This document shows, in pieces, positions 62,228-64,000 of a DNA stretch of 64,000 nucleotides. Each line of letters begins with the position of its first letter. Position 1 is the first letter of the stretch. The stretch lies in NCBI GenBank assembly GCA_013265495.1, contig MU058584.1, positions 3,600,508 through 3,664,507 of the forward strand, in the 5' to 3' direction. Below the pieces are notes generated by a model, which worked only from the letters and a program-made list of their open reading frames with translations, was not told the origin of the DNA and did no database searches. The position numbers were made by a program, and so were the translations under genes. The DNA is from Vicugna vicugna (taxonomy: Eukaryota).

Positions 62228-63511
62228 CTGTAAAAACAAGAAGAAAAAAAAAAAAGAAAGAAAAATAGCATGAACTCCTCTTTAAAAGCAAATCATAAAA
62301 CTTCCATTGACCAAAAAATGTGGATTGGCATTTAGTGGATGGAGAGGTGAGACAAGCCAGCAAATGCTGAAACCAAATGAACAGGAGAGCCACAGAGCCA
62401 CAGCAGAGCAGGAGGGTAAAGGAGGGGGCGAGACGTGCTATTTTTATTTAGTTCTGTTTAAGATGGGCTTGCTCTACAAGAAATTTATTAGTTTTTCTAT
62501 CTCTATATTGACTCCTCTCTCTCAACAATGATTTTCAGATAGCTTTAAATAAAAGTACAAAAAATATATAAATTTTTAAGAGGCAGACAACCTTGAAGTT
62601 TGGTTTAAAAATGGGACAAAAAGTTTCAAGATCAGGGATGCACTGGTTATAGCACCCAATCTACTAACATCCTTGCATGAAAAGAACCCTGGCTCTCTCA
62701 AAAGCCATATGAATGACAGGCACGTAGGAAATAAACAGGAAGTTAGGTATTTAATATCTCTTCACCTCTGTGAGAGCCAAGTACATAGGAGAGGGTTAGA
62801 GAGTGTCTGTGAAAACAGGATAGAACTAGTCCCAGCCTAGCACTATTAACAGGGGAGCCAGGGTCGGGCACGGTGTTAGCAGTAAGATCATCTCAAATCG
62901 GGACTTCATGGTACAGTTTATAATTTCCACACACAGAAGTCACGTAATGTTTATAACTTCATGAGACAGCTATTATTATCTTTGAGGTACAGGCGAGGAA
63001 ACGGAGGCCCAGAGAACTGAAAGGAGTTACCCAGCATCACCTAAAAGCCCCTGTGCACTACAGACCTGGTGCACATTTCATCATGCGCCTCACTGAGGAC
63101 AGTGAACGGAGGGAGGAAGCGTGTGCTGGGACAAGAATCCCACGGTTCAGACGCCAAGTCTGATAATGCTCTTCAGTTCTGTGCCACAGCAAAATCAAGC
63201 AATTTTAATCTTTAGGATTCTCAATCTCTTTTTTTTTTTTTTTTGCTTAAAATTTGTTCTCTTGTTGACAAATTAGACATCAGATCAAGCAGAAGTGTTA
63301 GGCCGTAAGTAACCTGTCTAAAAAGCTTAACTAAAGGCAACTGTTTGGACTGTGATGTGTTTCTCCTCTCAAAAGAGAAGAACTTCAACTATGACAATTC
63401 TGAGATCAGAGTGACACTTTGGCTCTTTTCTTGCAGTATCAACTCTGAACAATACACACAAGCCTGTCACAACTCAATCTGTCAGGGTGTTTCTGCCACC
63501 AGCAAACTAAC

Positions 63512-63721
63512 CTCCACCGCATAGACCACAGCGGAGACAGCCTCCTCGGTGACGTTGTCCAGCCCGTGTTCGTAGGCAGTCACTATCATCCTCCCTTCAA
63601 GCTGACCCCGAGTGGGAAGCATCATTGTGTGGGAACAAAGTTTCAAGTCATCATCATCTTGGGGATCCTTTGCCACAAACTGCTGGGCTCCCGAGAGGGG
63701 ATTTTGAGGCTGGAATCTATG
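63512..63721 (-). CDS. TADA1: TADA1 exon, histone-fold region ([70 protein letters not shown])
   Basis: 210 nt, acceptor ttcttacccgtag, donor GAG|gttagt. SAGA subunit; upstream exons lie beyond the window. Confidence 0.96.
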
Positions 63722-64000
63722 CTACGGGTAAGAAAACTTCTCAAATTATTCATTACCACGGCAAGTAACAAGACACAAACAAAAGTCATCAGTGTACTAG
63801 ACCTGAGATCCCACAAATTAATGCGACCAAAACCATACCACAAAGGTTTAAAAAAAAAAAAAGGAACTCATGCACAGATAATCAGATTCACACCCATTAC
63901 ACGGTAATAATGAAGACATGAATTAAGGGGGATTATGGTAGTATGTATAGTAGTTTATTCTATTCAGTTAATACCTTGGTAATCACAGAATATATGGCCC

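Noticed and set aside
1..64000. CRISPR arrays, operons, rRNA or prokaryotic defence systems
   Set aside because: The sequence is intron-containing mammalian DNA with no repeat-spacer array or rRNA-like segment.

Overview
This is mammalian genomic DNA, most likely a camelid. That call rests on tRNA-Ala-like SINEs resembling vic-1 and the absence of any Alu, B1, Bov-tA or PRE1 copies I could recognise. Three gene loci are present. (1) Seven coding exons (1052-13838, +) of a flavin-containing monooxygenase, closest to mouse Fmo9 / human FMO9P by my recall; it keeps all splice sites and FMO motifs but carries two nonsense codons and a 1-bp frameshift, so it is a young-looking pseudogene. (2) A complete POGK gene (+), a KRAB fused to a domesticated pogo/Tc2-type transposase, 609 aa, with a CpG-island promoter near 42 kb. 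(3) The last four exons of TADA1 (-), convergent with POGK. The rest is mostly L1, L2, MIR, MaLR/ERV LTRs, Charlie1 and simple repeats. I found no demonstrably new biological system. The best leads are a MER104-like Tc2 MITE in the POGK intron just upstream of the transposase exon, the apparently lineage-specific loss of FMO9, and the short FMO9-POGK interval with no recognisable FMO10/FMO11. Repeat family names come from recalled consensus sequences, not a database search, and repeat boundaries without target-site duplications (TSDs) are approximate.
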